DNA of 30,582 bases from Hyaloraphidium curvatum SAG 235-1 (taxonomy: Eukaryota; Fungi; Monoblepharomycota): NCBI GenBank assembly GCA_025558095.1, contig JAIVFI010000048.1:1-30582 (forward strand), given 5' to 3'. The notes under the pieces were generated by a model, which was not told the DNA's origin, ran no database searches, and worked only from the letters and a program-made list of their open reading frames with translations. The translations under genes and the position numbers were made by a program. Within the stretch, counting starts at the first letter, position 1. The number at the start of each line of letters is the position of its first letter. This document shows, in pieces, positions 1 to 11,373 of the stretch.

Positions 1-808
1 CGAGGTGGAGCGAGCGCAGGGGAGCTGCGAGAAGGGCGGGAGGCCGCGGTCCGTCACGTGGCCGTTGTCGTACACGGCCAGATGGGCGAGGAGGGGGACG
101 GTGGTGGGGAGCAGGAGAGGAAAAAGTCGTCGATGGAGAGGCGGTCCTCGCCGTAGCTTTCCGGTAGGACGAGGCGGAGCAGACGCGGCGAGCGGGTGAG
201 CAGGGCGGCCAGGGAGCCGCCGGCCATGTGGCGGTAGTCTTTCGCGGTGACCAGGGCCGAGGCCGGCGGGGAGTGCAGGGCCAAGCGGTGCAAGGCGGCT
301 GCCGAAGCGTGCGAGAGCAGCGAGAGGTCGAGGGTTTTCAGCGGGTGGTCGGGAAGCGACGAGGGCGCGGGGGCAGCGGGAACAGCCCGTCCAGTCGCAC
401 GGCGTGCTGCAGCCGCGGGGCGTCGAGCAGCAGGCTGGCCGAGGGCGCGTCGTCGCCCGAAGGGTACTGAGATTCCCAGAATGCGGCCAGCGAGTCGAGC
501 TTTGAGAGCGGCGGCCGGCAGTACGCGTACAGCCGCTCGGTCGCCCACGGCCGCCACGCGCGGCACACCGCCGCGGCGGCCGCCAGCGTCGCCGAGTCCA
601 GCGGGTCCACTTTGCTCAAAATGCGCGATACGAGTTCTCCGGGCAACCCGGGGCGTCCGGGACCCTGGACTCCCGCGGGCGCGGTTGTCGCCACCGGCAT
701 CTCCGCGGCGCGCTCCCCAGGCGGCCGCCCGGCCCCGCCGACCAGCGACAGCGAGCCCGTGCCGCGGAGCACGAGCTGCGTCGTCGCGCAGCTGCACACG
801 AGCGCCAT
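1..808 (-). CDS. Mirror copy of the F-box/LRR-like gene at 11374..12915; 5' part only, cut by the window edge, with apparent frameshifts
   Basis: Reverse complement of 11374-12184. Single-base deletions in G-runs (~115, ~370) break the frame relative to the intact right-arm copy. Confidence 0.75.
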
Positions 809-1225
809 TCCGGTGGGCCGGGATGACGCCGTCAGATAAGGGACCGCCGGCCTGCGGAACCAGATGCCCTGCATGGGCCACGTCATGTGACCGTTGGTAG
901 GCCCCCAAACGGAGGCAAGCGACCGAAACTGGCAAAGACGGGCGCAATTTACTGGTGAGAGGCTCTTCCGTGTCCTCCGCGGTGTCATGCATTGGCGGAT
1001 CAGGCTCAGTTGGCTTCCAGGCGGCGAATGGGCGCGGCGGACGGTCGGGACGATTCCTGTCCGAATCGCGAGCATCCACACTTCCAGTAGGCCGAACTCG
1101 ATAGATCACATGTATATCTGTGCATTTCGTGGCTCACGTCGTTGGTTTCTTGAATTGCTCGGAGATCGAGGGAGGGGGATCGACGGATCCGTCAGAGCCG
1201 TCAACGGTGTCGCCCATGGCCTCGA

Positions 1226-2540
1226 ATGCCCCATCCGAACCTACTCGTTCTGCTCGTCCTGCTCATTTCGTCGTTTTTCCTGCTCCGGTCGCCGCCGGCC
1301 GCCCTCGATGACGAGCCGGAGCCCGCGCCACGGACAGCCTCCAACGCGTCCCGCGCGCGCTGCCCGTCGGACCTCGTCCTCCTCGCCGCCACCATCGCCC
1401 GCTCCGCGGCGCACGAGCTCCCCTTCCTCCTCGCAAATTTGGAGCGCCTCGCGTCGATGGTTGGCGCGCTGCACGTCCTCCTCGTCGAGAACGGCTCGCG
1501 GGACGGCGGCCGCGCGCTGCGCGCCTGGGCGGACGAACGCGGCGTGCCGTTCCTGGAATCCGAGGACGACCATAAAGACTGGACGCCTCCGTACCCGCCG
1601 GCCCCGCCGGCCCCGCCGCTCCGCCCCTCGCGACACCCGAAGATCCTCTCTGCCCGCGCCGTCGCGTTCCGCCACCCGGGCGGGAAGAAGGACCTCCGCA
1701 CGCTCGCCCGCGCGCGGGACGGGTACCTCCACGCGCTGCGGACCCACTCCTGGTACTCGAACGTCGACTACCTGTTCCCGGTGGACACGGACATGTGCGT
1801 GCCGTGGCGCGTGGAGCGGCAGCGGGGCGTGGAGGGATGGGAGGGTGTGTGGACCAACCTCCTGGCCGCGGAGCGGCGGTACGACCGCCTCGACCCCTCC
1901 ACCTCGCACCTCCGGCCGCCCTTCGGGGGCAAGGGCTGGTCCGCCCTCTTCCCCAACGGCATCTGTGGGTGGTACCTCCCCCGTTCTCTCCCCAACGGCA
2001 CCGTCGCATCCGTCCCCGCCGCGCCGCACGCGGAGGGGGCGCAAGGATACTACTGCGACCGGTTCGCGCTCGACGGCGGGGGCGCGTTTCCCGGGGGAGC
2101 GCTGGACCACCGCAGCTGCGCGGGGGCGAAGAAAGGGGGTGGTATTGCGAGTATGTCGGGCCCGAGGGGATGAAGAATGTGAAGGAGCAGGGGGACGGCG
2201 AGGGGAAGGAACCGTTCGTACCCGTGCGGGGCGCGTTCGGCGGGCCGCGCTGTACTCGGCCCCCTTGCTCCGCGCGCGCTCGGACTGCGTCTATTCGGGA
2301 TCGAAGGGGTGCGAGCACGCGGGGCTCAACGACTGCCTGAGGACGGGGAGGGTGGAAGGCCGAGATGGGGATCGCGGCGAGGTGGACGGTGGATTGGGAG
2401 GGGTGCGGGGAGGCGCCCAAGGAGGACGGGGCGGGGAAGGGGTGCAGGAGGGGGTTTTGGACGAGCCGCTGGGGGACTTGGATGGGGAGGCGGAAGTGGA
2501 GATGATTGGCGGGCGGGCAGAGGCCGTTGATCGAAGATGA
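1226..2540 (+). CDS. Mirror copy of the CAP59/GT69-like glycosyltransferase, with apparent frameshifts between ~2135 and ~2435
   Basis: Same N-terminal ~300 aa as 9636..10955(-). Deletions in G-runs shift the frame. Confidence 0.7.
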
Positions 2541-3239
2541 CCACAGGAGCATGAAGCTGTTTGACGCCGAGATGCTAATTGCAGGCCTGTACAATCGCGA
2601 AAAGGCGGCTCTTGATTCCTTTGCTGCTCCATTCGAGCTGCCTCCAAGCGGGCGTGAGGGATGTAGACGTACAGGCTCTCTCGGACGAGTGCGTCCTTGG
2701 AACCGTCGGACCTCCAGCCGCCACCAGCCGCTCTCTCCCCTGCTCGAAAACTACGCTGGGTTTTCGACCTGGACGGGACGAGTGCCGACGCGGAAACCCT
2801 CCCCGCGCCGCCCACGTGCCCCGAGGACGTGCGCTCGACTTCGTTGAGGTCCCTCGCTCCGCTCCAAGGAACACCACCGCTTCGCGTGCGGTCATAGTCG
2901 CTGCCGTGGGCCTTCAAACAGGCCTTCAGTTCCCGGACGTTAGGCCCGTTGCCTGGGCTGGCGCTGCAGTTGGGTTTACCTCGTCGGAGTTCGGGACGCG
3001 GTCCTCAAGCGGCCTGCCGCGGCGTCGCACGCGACCCCAAACCCGTGGCAACGTTCCGTTGCTCCCTCGCCCCGAGCTTCAAGCGCACGGCGCCACCGAG
3101 CGGGTTCCGGCCACCACTTTGCCGCAAGCGGAGTTCGCGCCCGCGGACTTTGCCATCGGATCGGCTGTGCCGGGCGCAGTCCGACGCGGGGGGACGAAGT
3201 GCCGCCACCGCACACGCGTGGCTACGACGTTTCTCGAGC

Positions 3240-5631
3240 ATGACTGCGCATCGGAGCAATAATTCAGGGCCGCTAGCGGCGCCTCGCGTCATCGTGGTCG
3301 CGATCATCGCCGCCATCATCACGAGGGCGGTTCCTGCACGGGGCGCGACAATCATCGACGGCTTCACTCTTGGGAGCCGATGCGTTGTTGCAGGCACTTT
3401 CAAGCAGCTCTGTGAGCTGCCGCGCAGCATTGATTTCTTTCGTGCGTGCTCACACCGGCCACTACTCGGCCGGCATCGAAACCGCCATCAATCCAAGCCC
3501 AGCTACCCGGGACATGTCAGGCAAATTTAGCCTGTGAATCTACTTCCAGCGTTGGCTACGACGCTCGGCAGATTTGCGACGCAAGCGCCCCTCAGTCATT
3601 CACGCTCTCGGGCACGGTGGTTCTTCACTCGCCTTCTGCCGCGCCCACTCTCTCCATTGATTCTTGCATTTTCCGCGCAGGGCAATTACTTCGTCCTCAC
3701 CCAATGGTCCGGCACTTCCTGCTCCGGCACATATTCTACCGCCGCCGCGGTGCTCACCAATGAGTGCGTCCCGCTTGGTTTCCTCGGCATCCCGGCCTAT
3801 GGCCTCTCCACATGCTCCGGCGTCACCGACGCGGAAGGGAGCTTGTCCTTCTTTGTTGACGGGGCCTGTTCGGTACGTTTTCCCCTACCGCTCATGCGCG
3901 CTCTGCGTTACCCTATTCATGCGCACGGCATCCATGCAGAGGCCCTTCCCCAGCTTTGGCACGTTCAAAGCCATTCGCGGCCACTGCGACATTCTGAATC
4001 TCGGTTCTGCTACGTGTATGCCCTCCGGCTCCGTTCTTCGTGAAGTTCTGGTGACCAGTTTCGCCACAGTCGCTCTAACGGCCAAGTGCGATTACCCGCT
4101 TCAGGGTTTCCCGATTCCATTTGCAGAGCTACAGGGGGATCGGTTGCCACGACAAGTACCCAATCCGTCACCACCACGACGCCAACGCAATCAACGCCTC
4201 TCCCTTCTCCGCCGACCTCCTCATCGCCGCCCGTCGGAGCAATCGTAGGCGGTGTACTTGGGGGACTCGCGGCGCTTGCTCTGCTTGTAGTGCTGCTGTT
4301 CTGGATGAGGCGGAGGAGGAGGCCTGCGGAGAGCATTCCTGCGGAGAAAGCAGAGAAGCAGATGCCTGCAGGCTCGCCGCATATGGAACCTGGGACAGTT
4401 CGCGGGTTTTCATCCACCGCCAGGGGCAACGCTGACAGCGTGCCGCGAGTGGCGGCTTCACCTTCCGAAGCCAGCAACCCTGCGCTCGCGGAGGACGTCG
4501 CCTCAGTGCCGAGCAACGACCCACACCAGGAGCAAGCTTTACCCGTGACACCCGCTGCCGCCGTTGCTCTTGCGTTTCCTCTGGCAGCCTCTGGGGACGG
4601 AGCTTCTGCGGACACAGCAGGATCCACGCTCGCCGCTGGTCGGTCGCCTCCGGCACTCCCCTTTTTCCGGGCGGAAGCCCGATCGCCCCCCCCCCTGTCC
4701 CGCAGCCGAGCTCCAAGCTCCTTGTTTCGGCTACGGACATCGTCATCGACAGCTCGCAAAAGCTGGGAGAAGGCAGCTTTGGGGTTGTCTATGTCGGCAC
4801 TCTGCGCGGGACTAGAGTCGCAGTCAAGACTCTGAAAGGAGACCTCGACGAGCACACCCTGAAGGCTTTTGCGAAGGAGGTGACCAACTGGGAGGGCCTC
4901 GTCCAGCGTAACGGTGAGCGGCTCGCCAACGGCTCGGAGTCTGTGGAGGTGCTGATCTCCACGCTTTTACGCAGTCCTCCCGCTGATGGCCTACTGCCCT
5001 TCTCCCCCGATGATGGTCACCGACCTCGTCCGCGACGGCAACCTCCGCAAGTACCTGTCGGCCCGCGGCTGGCCCCTAGACCTCGGCCTGCGCTTCCTCG
5101 AAGACGTCGCCAACGGCATGGTCTACCTGCACGGCCTCGGCATCCTGCACGGCGACATCAAGTCCCTCAACGTGCTCATTGACGGCAGCAAACCATGATC
5201 ACCGACTTTGGCCTCTCGCGGGTGCGCCAGGAGGTCGGCAAGTCGACCGCCGCGGGCACCGTCGGCGGCGGGCTCTCGGGCACGCCGGGGTTCCTGGCGC
5301 CGGAGCTGGTGGACGGCGCGGCGCTGCAGAAGCCGGCGGACGTGTACGCGTTCTCGATGTTGTGCTACGAGGTCGTGAGCAAGGGCAAGTACCCGCTCGA
5401 GGAGCTGAACCCGGCATTGGTGGGTGCGAGCGCCGCCATCGCGACAAACGCTGACAACCACCTCCCATCCAGGTCCTGTACAACGTTGCCGTCAAGGGCG
5501 TCCGCCCGGAGCGGCCCGAGGGGGTTCCGGACGCAGTGTGGAGCCTTATGGAGCGGTGCTGGGACCAGGACCCGAAGAAGAGGCCGACGTTCGTGCAGGT
5601 GGCCAAGGAGCTGGACGAGATCGTCGGATAG
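3240..5631 (+). CDS. RLK-A, left-arm copy: signal peptide, 10-Cys ectodomain, Thr/Pro stalk, single TM, TKL-type kinase; 7 exons; apparent frameshifts at ~4128, ~4640, ~5192
   Basis: Signal RVIVVAIIAAIITRAVPARGA; TM VGAIVGGVLGGLAALALLVVLLFW followed by RRRRR; kinase motifs LGEGSFG, VAVK, HGDIKSLN, DFG, GTPGFLAPE, DVYAF, CWDQDPKKRPTF. Intron positions match RLK-B. Confidence 0.85.
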
Positions 5632-6065
5632 GGACGACGGTAGAAGCTCGCCCGATTTTTGTTAAGCAATCGTGTTTACAAGTCTGTCTGCGCTGTGATT
5701 CGAGGAGCGGGGAGCGGGGATCCTGTCGAGTCAGATCACCAGCCCGCGCGTCCCCACCCTCCTTCCCGACGCCGAGTCCTCAAGACCTGCGCAGCGGGCC
5801 TCCTGCGGCAACGCATCATCAGTGTTTCTTCCGCCGAAGGCGCGGGGACGGGCGCCCGCCGCGTCGCAATTCGCCCTCCAGGGAGCCAGCGGCCAAGTTC
5901 CGTCGCTGCCTCGACCGAACCCGCAGGAGCCGGCACTGTGCGGCGCGTGGGCGGAGAGCGGAATTCCGGTGGAGAGGGGATCTCGCGGCCGCGACGACGC
6001 CGTCGGCGTCTGAGTGTCAGTACTGCATTGCGACCGAGCACGGCCGATGGACCGGCGACGCGTCC

Positions 6066-6103
6066 TCGACCGCTCGGTCCCGTGAAACTTCCCGAGCGGT
6101 CGA
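6066..6103. other. Apex of the palindrome: stem tcgaccgctcgg / ccgagcggtcga around a 14-nt loop tcccgtgaaacttc (6078-6091)
   Basis: 6066-6077 is the reverse complement of 6092-6103, read directly. Confidence 0.9.
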
Positions 6104-6537
6104 GACGCGTCGCCGGTCCATCGGTGCTCGGTCGCAATGCAGTACTGACACTCAGACGACCCGACGGCGTCGTCGCGGCCGCGAGATCCCCTCTCCACCG
6201 GAATTCCGCTCTCCGCCCACGCGCCGCACAGTGCCGGCTCCTGCGGGTTCGGTCGAGGCAGCGACGGAACTTGGCCGCTGGCTCCCTGGACGGGGCGAAT
6301 TGCGACGCGGCGGGCGCCCGTCCCCGCGCCTTCGGCGGAAGAAACACTGATGATGCGTTGCCGCAGGAGGCCCGCTGCGCAGGTCTTGAGGACTCGGCGT
6401 CGGGAAGGAGGGTGGGGACGCGCGGGCTGGTGATCTGACTCGACAGGATCCCCGCTCCCCGCTCCTCGAATCACAGCGCAGACAGACTTGTAAACACGAT
6501 TGCTTAACAAAAATCGGGCGAGCTTCTACCGTCGTCC

Positions 6538-8933
6538 CTATCCGACGATCTCGTCCAGCTCCTTGGCCACCTGCACGAACGTCGGCCTCTTCTTCGGGTC
6601 CTGGTCCCAGCACCGCTCCATAAGGCTCCACACTGCGTCCGGAACCCCCTCGGGCCGCTCCGGCGGACGCCCTTGACGGCAACGTTGTACAGGACCTGGA
6701 TGGGAGGGTGGTTGTCAGCGTTTGTCGCGATGGCGGCGCTCGCACCCACCAATGCCGGGTTCAGCAGCTCCTCGAGCGGGTACTTGCCCTGCTCACGACC
6801 TCGTAGCACAACATCGAGAACGCGTACACGTCCGCCGGCTTCTGCAGCGCCGCGCCGTCCACCAGCTCCGGCGCCAGGAACCCCGGCGTGCCCGAGAGCC
6901 CGCCGCCGACGGTGCCCGCGGCGGTCGACTTGCCGACCTCCTGGCGCACCCGCGAGAGGCCAAAGTCGGTGATCATGGCTTTGCTGCCGTCAATGAGCAC
7001 GTTGAGGACTTGATGTCGCCGTGCAGGATGCCGAGGCCGTGCAGGTAGACCATGCCGTTGGCGACGTCTTCGAGGAAGCGCAGGCCGAGGTCTAGGGGCC
7101 AGCCGCGGGCCGACAGGTACTTGCGGAGGTTGCCGTCGCGGACGAGGTCGGTGACCATCATCGGGGGAGAAGGGCAGTAGGCCATCAGCGGGAGGACTGC
7201 GTAAAAGCGTGGAGATCAGCACCTCCACAGACTCCGAGCCGTTGGCGAGCCGCTCACCGTTACGCTGGACGAGGCCCTCCCAGTTGGTCACCTCCTTCGC
7301 AAAAGCCTTCAGGGTGTGCTCGTCGAGGTCTCCTTTCAGAGTCTTGACTGCGACTCTAGTCCCGCGCAGAGTGCCGACATAGACAACCCCAAAGCTGCCT
7401 TCTCCCAGCTTTTGCGAGCTGTCGATGACGATGTCCGTAGCCGAAACAAGGAGCTTGGAGCTCGGCTGCGGGACAGGGGGGGGGGCGATCGGGCTTCCGC
7501 CCGGAAAAAGGGGAGTGCCGGAGGCGACCGACCCAGCGGCGAGCGTGGATCCTGCTGTGTCCGCAGAAGCTCCGTCCCCAGAGGCTGCCAGAGGAAACGC
7601 AAGAGCAACGGCGGCAGCGGGTGTCACGGGTAAAGCTTGCTCCTGGTGTGGGTCGTTGCTCGGCACTGAGGCGACGTCCTCCGCGAGCGCAGGGTTGCTG
7701 GCTTCGGAAGGTGAAGCCGCCACTCGCGGCACGCTGTCAGCGTTGCCCCTGGCGGTGGATGAAAACCCGCGAACTGTCCCAGGTTCCATATGCGGCGAGC
7801 CTGCAGGCATCTGCTTCTCTGCTTTCTCCGCAGGAATGCTCTCCGCAGGCCTCCTCCTCCGCCTCATCCAGAACAGCAGCACTACAAGCAGAGCAAGCGC
7901 CGCGAGTCCCCCAAGTACACCGCCTACGATTGCTCCGACGGGCGGCGATGAGGAGGTCGGCGGAGAAGGGAGAGGCGTTGATTGCGTTGGCGTCGTGGTG
8001 GTGACGGATTGGGTACTTGTCGTGGCAACCGATCCCCCTGTAGCCTCTGCAAATGGAATCGGGAAACCCTGAAGCGGGTAATCGCACTTGGCCGTTAGAG
8101 CGACTGTGGCGAAACTGGTCACCAGAACTTCACGAAGAACGGAGCCGGAGGGCATACACGTAGCAGAACCGAGATTCAGAATGTCGCAGTGGCCGCGAAT
8201 GGCTTTGAACGTGCCAAAGCTGGGGAAGGGCCTCTGCATGGATGCCGTGCGCATGAATAGGGTAACGCAGAGCGCGCATGAGCGGTAGGGGAAAACGTAC
8301 CGAACAGGCCCCGTCAACAAAGAAGGACAAGCTCCCTTCCGCGTCGGTGACGCCGGAGCATGTGGAGAGGCCATAGGCCGGGATGCCGAGGAAACCAAGC
8401 GGGACGCACTCATTGGTGAGCACCGCGGCGGCGGTAGAATATGTGCCGGAGCAGGAAGTGCCGGACCATTGGGTGAGGACGAAGTAATTGCCCTGCGCGG
8501 AAAATGCAAGAATCAATGGAGAGAGTGGGCGCGGCAGAAGGCGAGTGAAGAACCACCGTGCCCGAGAGCGTGAATGACTGAGGGGCGCTTGCGTCGCAAA
8601 TCTGCCGAGCGTCGTAGCCAACGCTGGAAGTAGATTCACAGGCTAAATTTGCCTGACATGTCCCGGGTAGCTGGGCTTGGATTGATGGCGGTTTCGATGC
8701 CGGCCGAGTAGTGGCCGGTGTGAGCACGCACGAAAGAAATCAATGCTGCGCGGCAGCTCACAGAGCTGCTTGAAAGTGCCTGCAACAACGCATCGGCTCC
8801 CAAGAGTGAAGCCGTCGATGATTGTCGCGCCCCGTGCAGGAACCGCCCTCGTGATGATGGCGGCGATGATCGCGACCACGATGACGCGAGGCGCCGCTAG
8901 CGGCCCTGAATTATTGCTCCGATGCGCAGTCAT
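6538..8933 (-). CDS. RLK-A, right-arm copy; 7 exons; apparent frameshifts at ~7006, ~6790, ~6660
   Basis: Reverse complement of 3240..5631. ORF 6761..8509 shows stalk, TM and kinase N-lobe in one frame. Its indels are at different sites from those of the left copy, so the consensus of the two appears intact. Confidence 0.88.
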
Positions 8934-9635
8934 GCTCGAGATCAACGTCGTAGCCACGCGTGTGCGGTGGCGGCACTTCGTCCCCCCGCGTCGGACTGCG
9001 CCCCGGCACAGCCGATCCGATGGCAAAGTCCGCGGGCGCGAACTCCGCTTGCGGCAAAGTGGTGGCCGGAACCCGCTCGGTGGCGCCGTGCGCTTGAAGC
9101 TCGGGGCGAGGGAGCAACGGAACGTTGCCACGGGTTTGGGGTCGCGTGCGACGCCGCGGCAGGCCGCTTGAGGACCGCGTCCCGAACTCCGACGAGGTAA
9201 ACCCAACTGCAGCGCCAGCCCAGGCAACGGGCCTAACGTCCGGGAACTGAAGGCCTGTTTGAAGGCCCACGGCAGCGACTATGACCGCACGCGAAGCGGT
9301 GGTGTTCCTTGGAGCGGAGCGAGGGACCTCAACGAAGTCGAGCGCACGTCCTCGGGGCACGTGGGCGGCGCGGGGAGGGTTTCCGCGTCGGCACTCGTCC
9401 CGTCCAGGTCGAAAACCCAGCGTAGTTTTCGAGCAGGGGAGAGAGCGGCTGGTGGCGGCTGGAGGTCCGACGGTTCCAAGGACGCACTCGTCCGAGAGAG
9501 CCTGTACGTCTACATCCCTCACGCCCGCTTGGAGGCAGCTCGAATGGAGCAGCAAAGGAATCAAGAGCCGCCTTTTCGCGATTGTACAGGCCTGCAATTA
9601 GCATCTCGGCGTCAAACAGCTTCATGCTCCTGTGG

Positions 9636-10955
9636 TCATCTTCGATCAACGGCCTCTGCCCGCCCGCCAATCATCTCCACTTCCGCCTCCCCATCCAAGT
9701 CCCCCAGCGGCTCGTCCAAAACCCCCTCCTGCACCCCTTCCCCGCCCCCGTCCTCCTTGGGCGCCTCCCCGCACCCCTCCCAATCCACCGTCCACCTCGC
9801 CGCGATCCCCATCTCGGCCTTCCACCCCTCCCCCGTCCTCAGGCAGTCGTTGAGCCCCGCGTGCTCGCACCCCTTCGATCCCGAATAGACGCAGTCCGAG
9901 CGCGCGCGGAGCAAGGGGGCCGAGTACAGCGCGGCCCCGCCGAACGCGCCCCGCACGGGTACGAACGGTTCCTTCCCCTCGCCGTCCCCCTGCTCCTTCA
10001 CATTCTTCATCCCCTCGGGCCCGACATACTCGCAATACCACCCCCCTTTCTTCGCCCCCGCGCAGCTGCGGTGGTCCAGCGCTCCCCCGGGAAACGCGCC
10101 CCCGCCGTCGAGCGCGAACCGGTCGCAGTAGTATCCTTGCGCCCCCTCCGCGTGCGGCGCGGCGGGGACGGATGCGACGGTGCCGTTGGGGAGAGAACGG
10201 GGGAGGTACCACCCACAGATGCCGTTGGGGAAGAGGGCGGACCAGCCCTTGCCCCCGAAGGGCGGCCGGAGGTGCGAGGTGGAGGGGTCGAGGCGGTCGT
10301 ACCGCCGCTCCGCGGCCAGGAGGTTGGTCCACACACCCTCCCATCCCTCCACGCCCCGCTGCCGCTCCACGCGCCACGGCACGCACATGTCCGTGTCCAC
10401 CGGGAACAGGTAGTCGACGTTCGAGTACCAGGAGTGGGTCCGCAGCGCGTGGAGGTACCCGTCCCGCGCGCGGGCGAGCGTGCGGAGGTCCTTCTTCCCG
10501 CCCGGGTGGCGGAACGCGACGGCGCGGGCAGAGAGGATCTTCGGGTGTCGCGAGGGGCGGAGCGGCGGGGCCGGCGGGGCCGGCGGGTACGGAGGCGTCC
10601 AGTCTTTATGGTCGTCCTCGGATTCCAGGAACGGCACGCCGCGTTCGTCCGCCCAGGCGCGCAGCGCGCGGCCGCCGTCCCGCGAGCCGTTCTCGACGAG
10701 GAGGACGTGCAGCGCGCCAACCATCGACGCGAGGCGCTCCAAATTTGCGAGGAGGAAGGGGAGCTCGTGCGCCGCGGAGCGGGCGATGGTGGCGGCGAGG
10801 AGGACGAGGTCCGACGGGCAGCGCGCGCGGGACGCGTTGGAGGCTGTCCGTGGCGCGGGCTCCGGCTCGTCATCGAGGGCGGCCGGCGGCGACCGGAGCA
10901 GGAAAAACGACGAAATGAGCAGGACGAGCAGAACGAGTAGGTTCGGATGGGGCAT
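9636..10955 (-). CDS. Type II membrane GT-A fold glycosyltransferase, CAP59/CMT1 (GT69)-like, 439 aa, no intron needed
   Basis: N-terminal anchor LLVLLVLLISSFFLL; motifs VLLVENGSRD, LARARDGYL, DxD in YLFPVDTD, VRGAFGGAALY and CEH, resembling cryptococcal mannosyltransferase-like proteins. Confidence 0.68.
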   Translation of the reverse strand: MPHPNLLVLLVLLISSFFLLRSPPAALDDEPEPAPRTASNASRARCPSDLVLLAATIARSAAHELPFLLANLERLASMVGALHVLLVENGSRDGGRALRAWADERGVPFLESEDDHKDWTPPYPPAPPAPPLRPSRHPKILSARAVAFRHPGGKKDLRTLARARDGYLHALRTHSWYSNVDYLFPVDTDMCVPWRVERQRGVEGWEGVWTNLLAAERRYDRLDPSTSHLRPPFGGKGWSALFPNGICGWYLPRSLPNGTVASVPAAPHAEGAQGYYCDRFALDGGGAFPGGALDHRSCAGAKKGGWYCEYVGPEGMKNVKEQGDGEGKEPFVPVRGAFGGAALYSAPLLRARSDCVYSGSKGCEHAGLNDCLRTGEGWKAEMGIAARWTVDWEGCGEAPKEDGGGEGVQEGVLDEPLGDLDGEAEVEMIGGRAEAVDRR

Positions 10956-11373
10956 TCGAGGCCATGGGCGACACCGTTGACGGCTCTGACGGATCCGTCG
11001 ATCCCCCTCCCTCGATCTCCGAGCAATTCAAGAAACCAACGACGTGAGCCACGAAATGCACAGATATACATGTGATCTATCGAGTTCGGCCTACTGGAAG
11101 TGTGGATGCTCGCGATTCGGACAGGAATCGTCCCGACCGTCCGCCGCGCCCATTCGCCGCCTGGAAGCCAACTGAGCCTGATCCGCCAATGCATGACACC
11201 GCGGAGGACACGGAAGAGCCTCTCACCAGTAAATTGCGCCCGTCTTTGCCAGTTTCGGTCGCTTGCCTCCGTTTGGGGGCCTACCAACGGTCACATGACG
11301 TGGCCCATGCAGGGCATCTGGTTCCGCACGGCCGGCGGTCCCTTATCTGACGGCGTCATCCCGGCCCACCGGA

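Noticed and set aside
2745-2800. WVFDLDGT, resembling HAD motif I, in short ORF 2697..2897 (mirror 9279..9479)
   Set aside because: Short non-ATG ORF with no other HAD motifs; likely chance or an unrecognisable relic.
1-5631. Treating the left-arm genes as genuine pseudogenised duplicates
   Set aside because: Lesions are homopolymer-type indels complementary between arms, with almost no substitutions noticed; sequencing error is the simpler explanation.
6341-6370. CTGATGA followed by a small stem (tgcg-ttgc-cgca), like a hammerhead ribozyme core
   Set aside because: The stem is followed by GGAG rather than the required GAAA, and no stems I/III were found.
5659-6510. Two mirror-image 259-aa ORFs crossing the palindrome apex
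   Set aside because: A by-product of the palindrome and high GC; Arg/Ala-rich, no ATG start, no domain.
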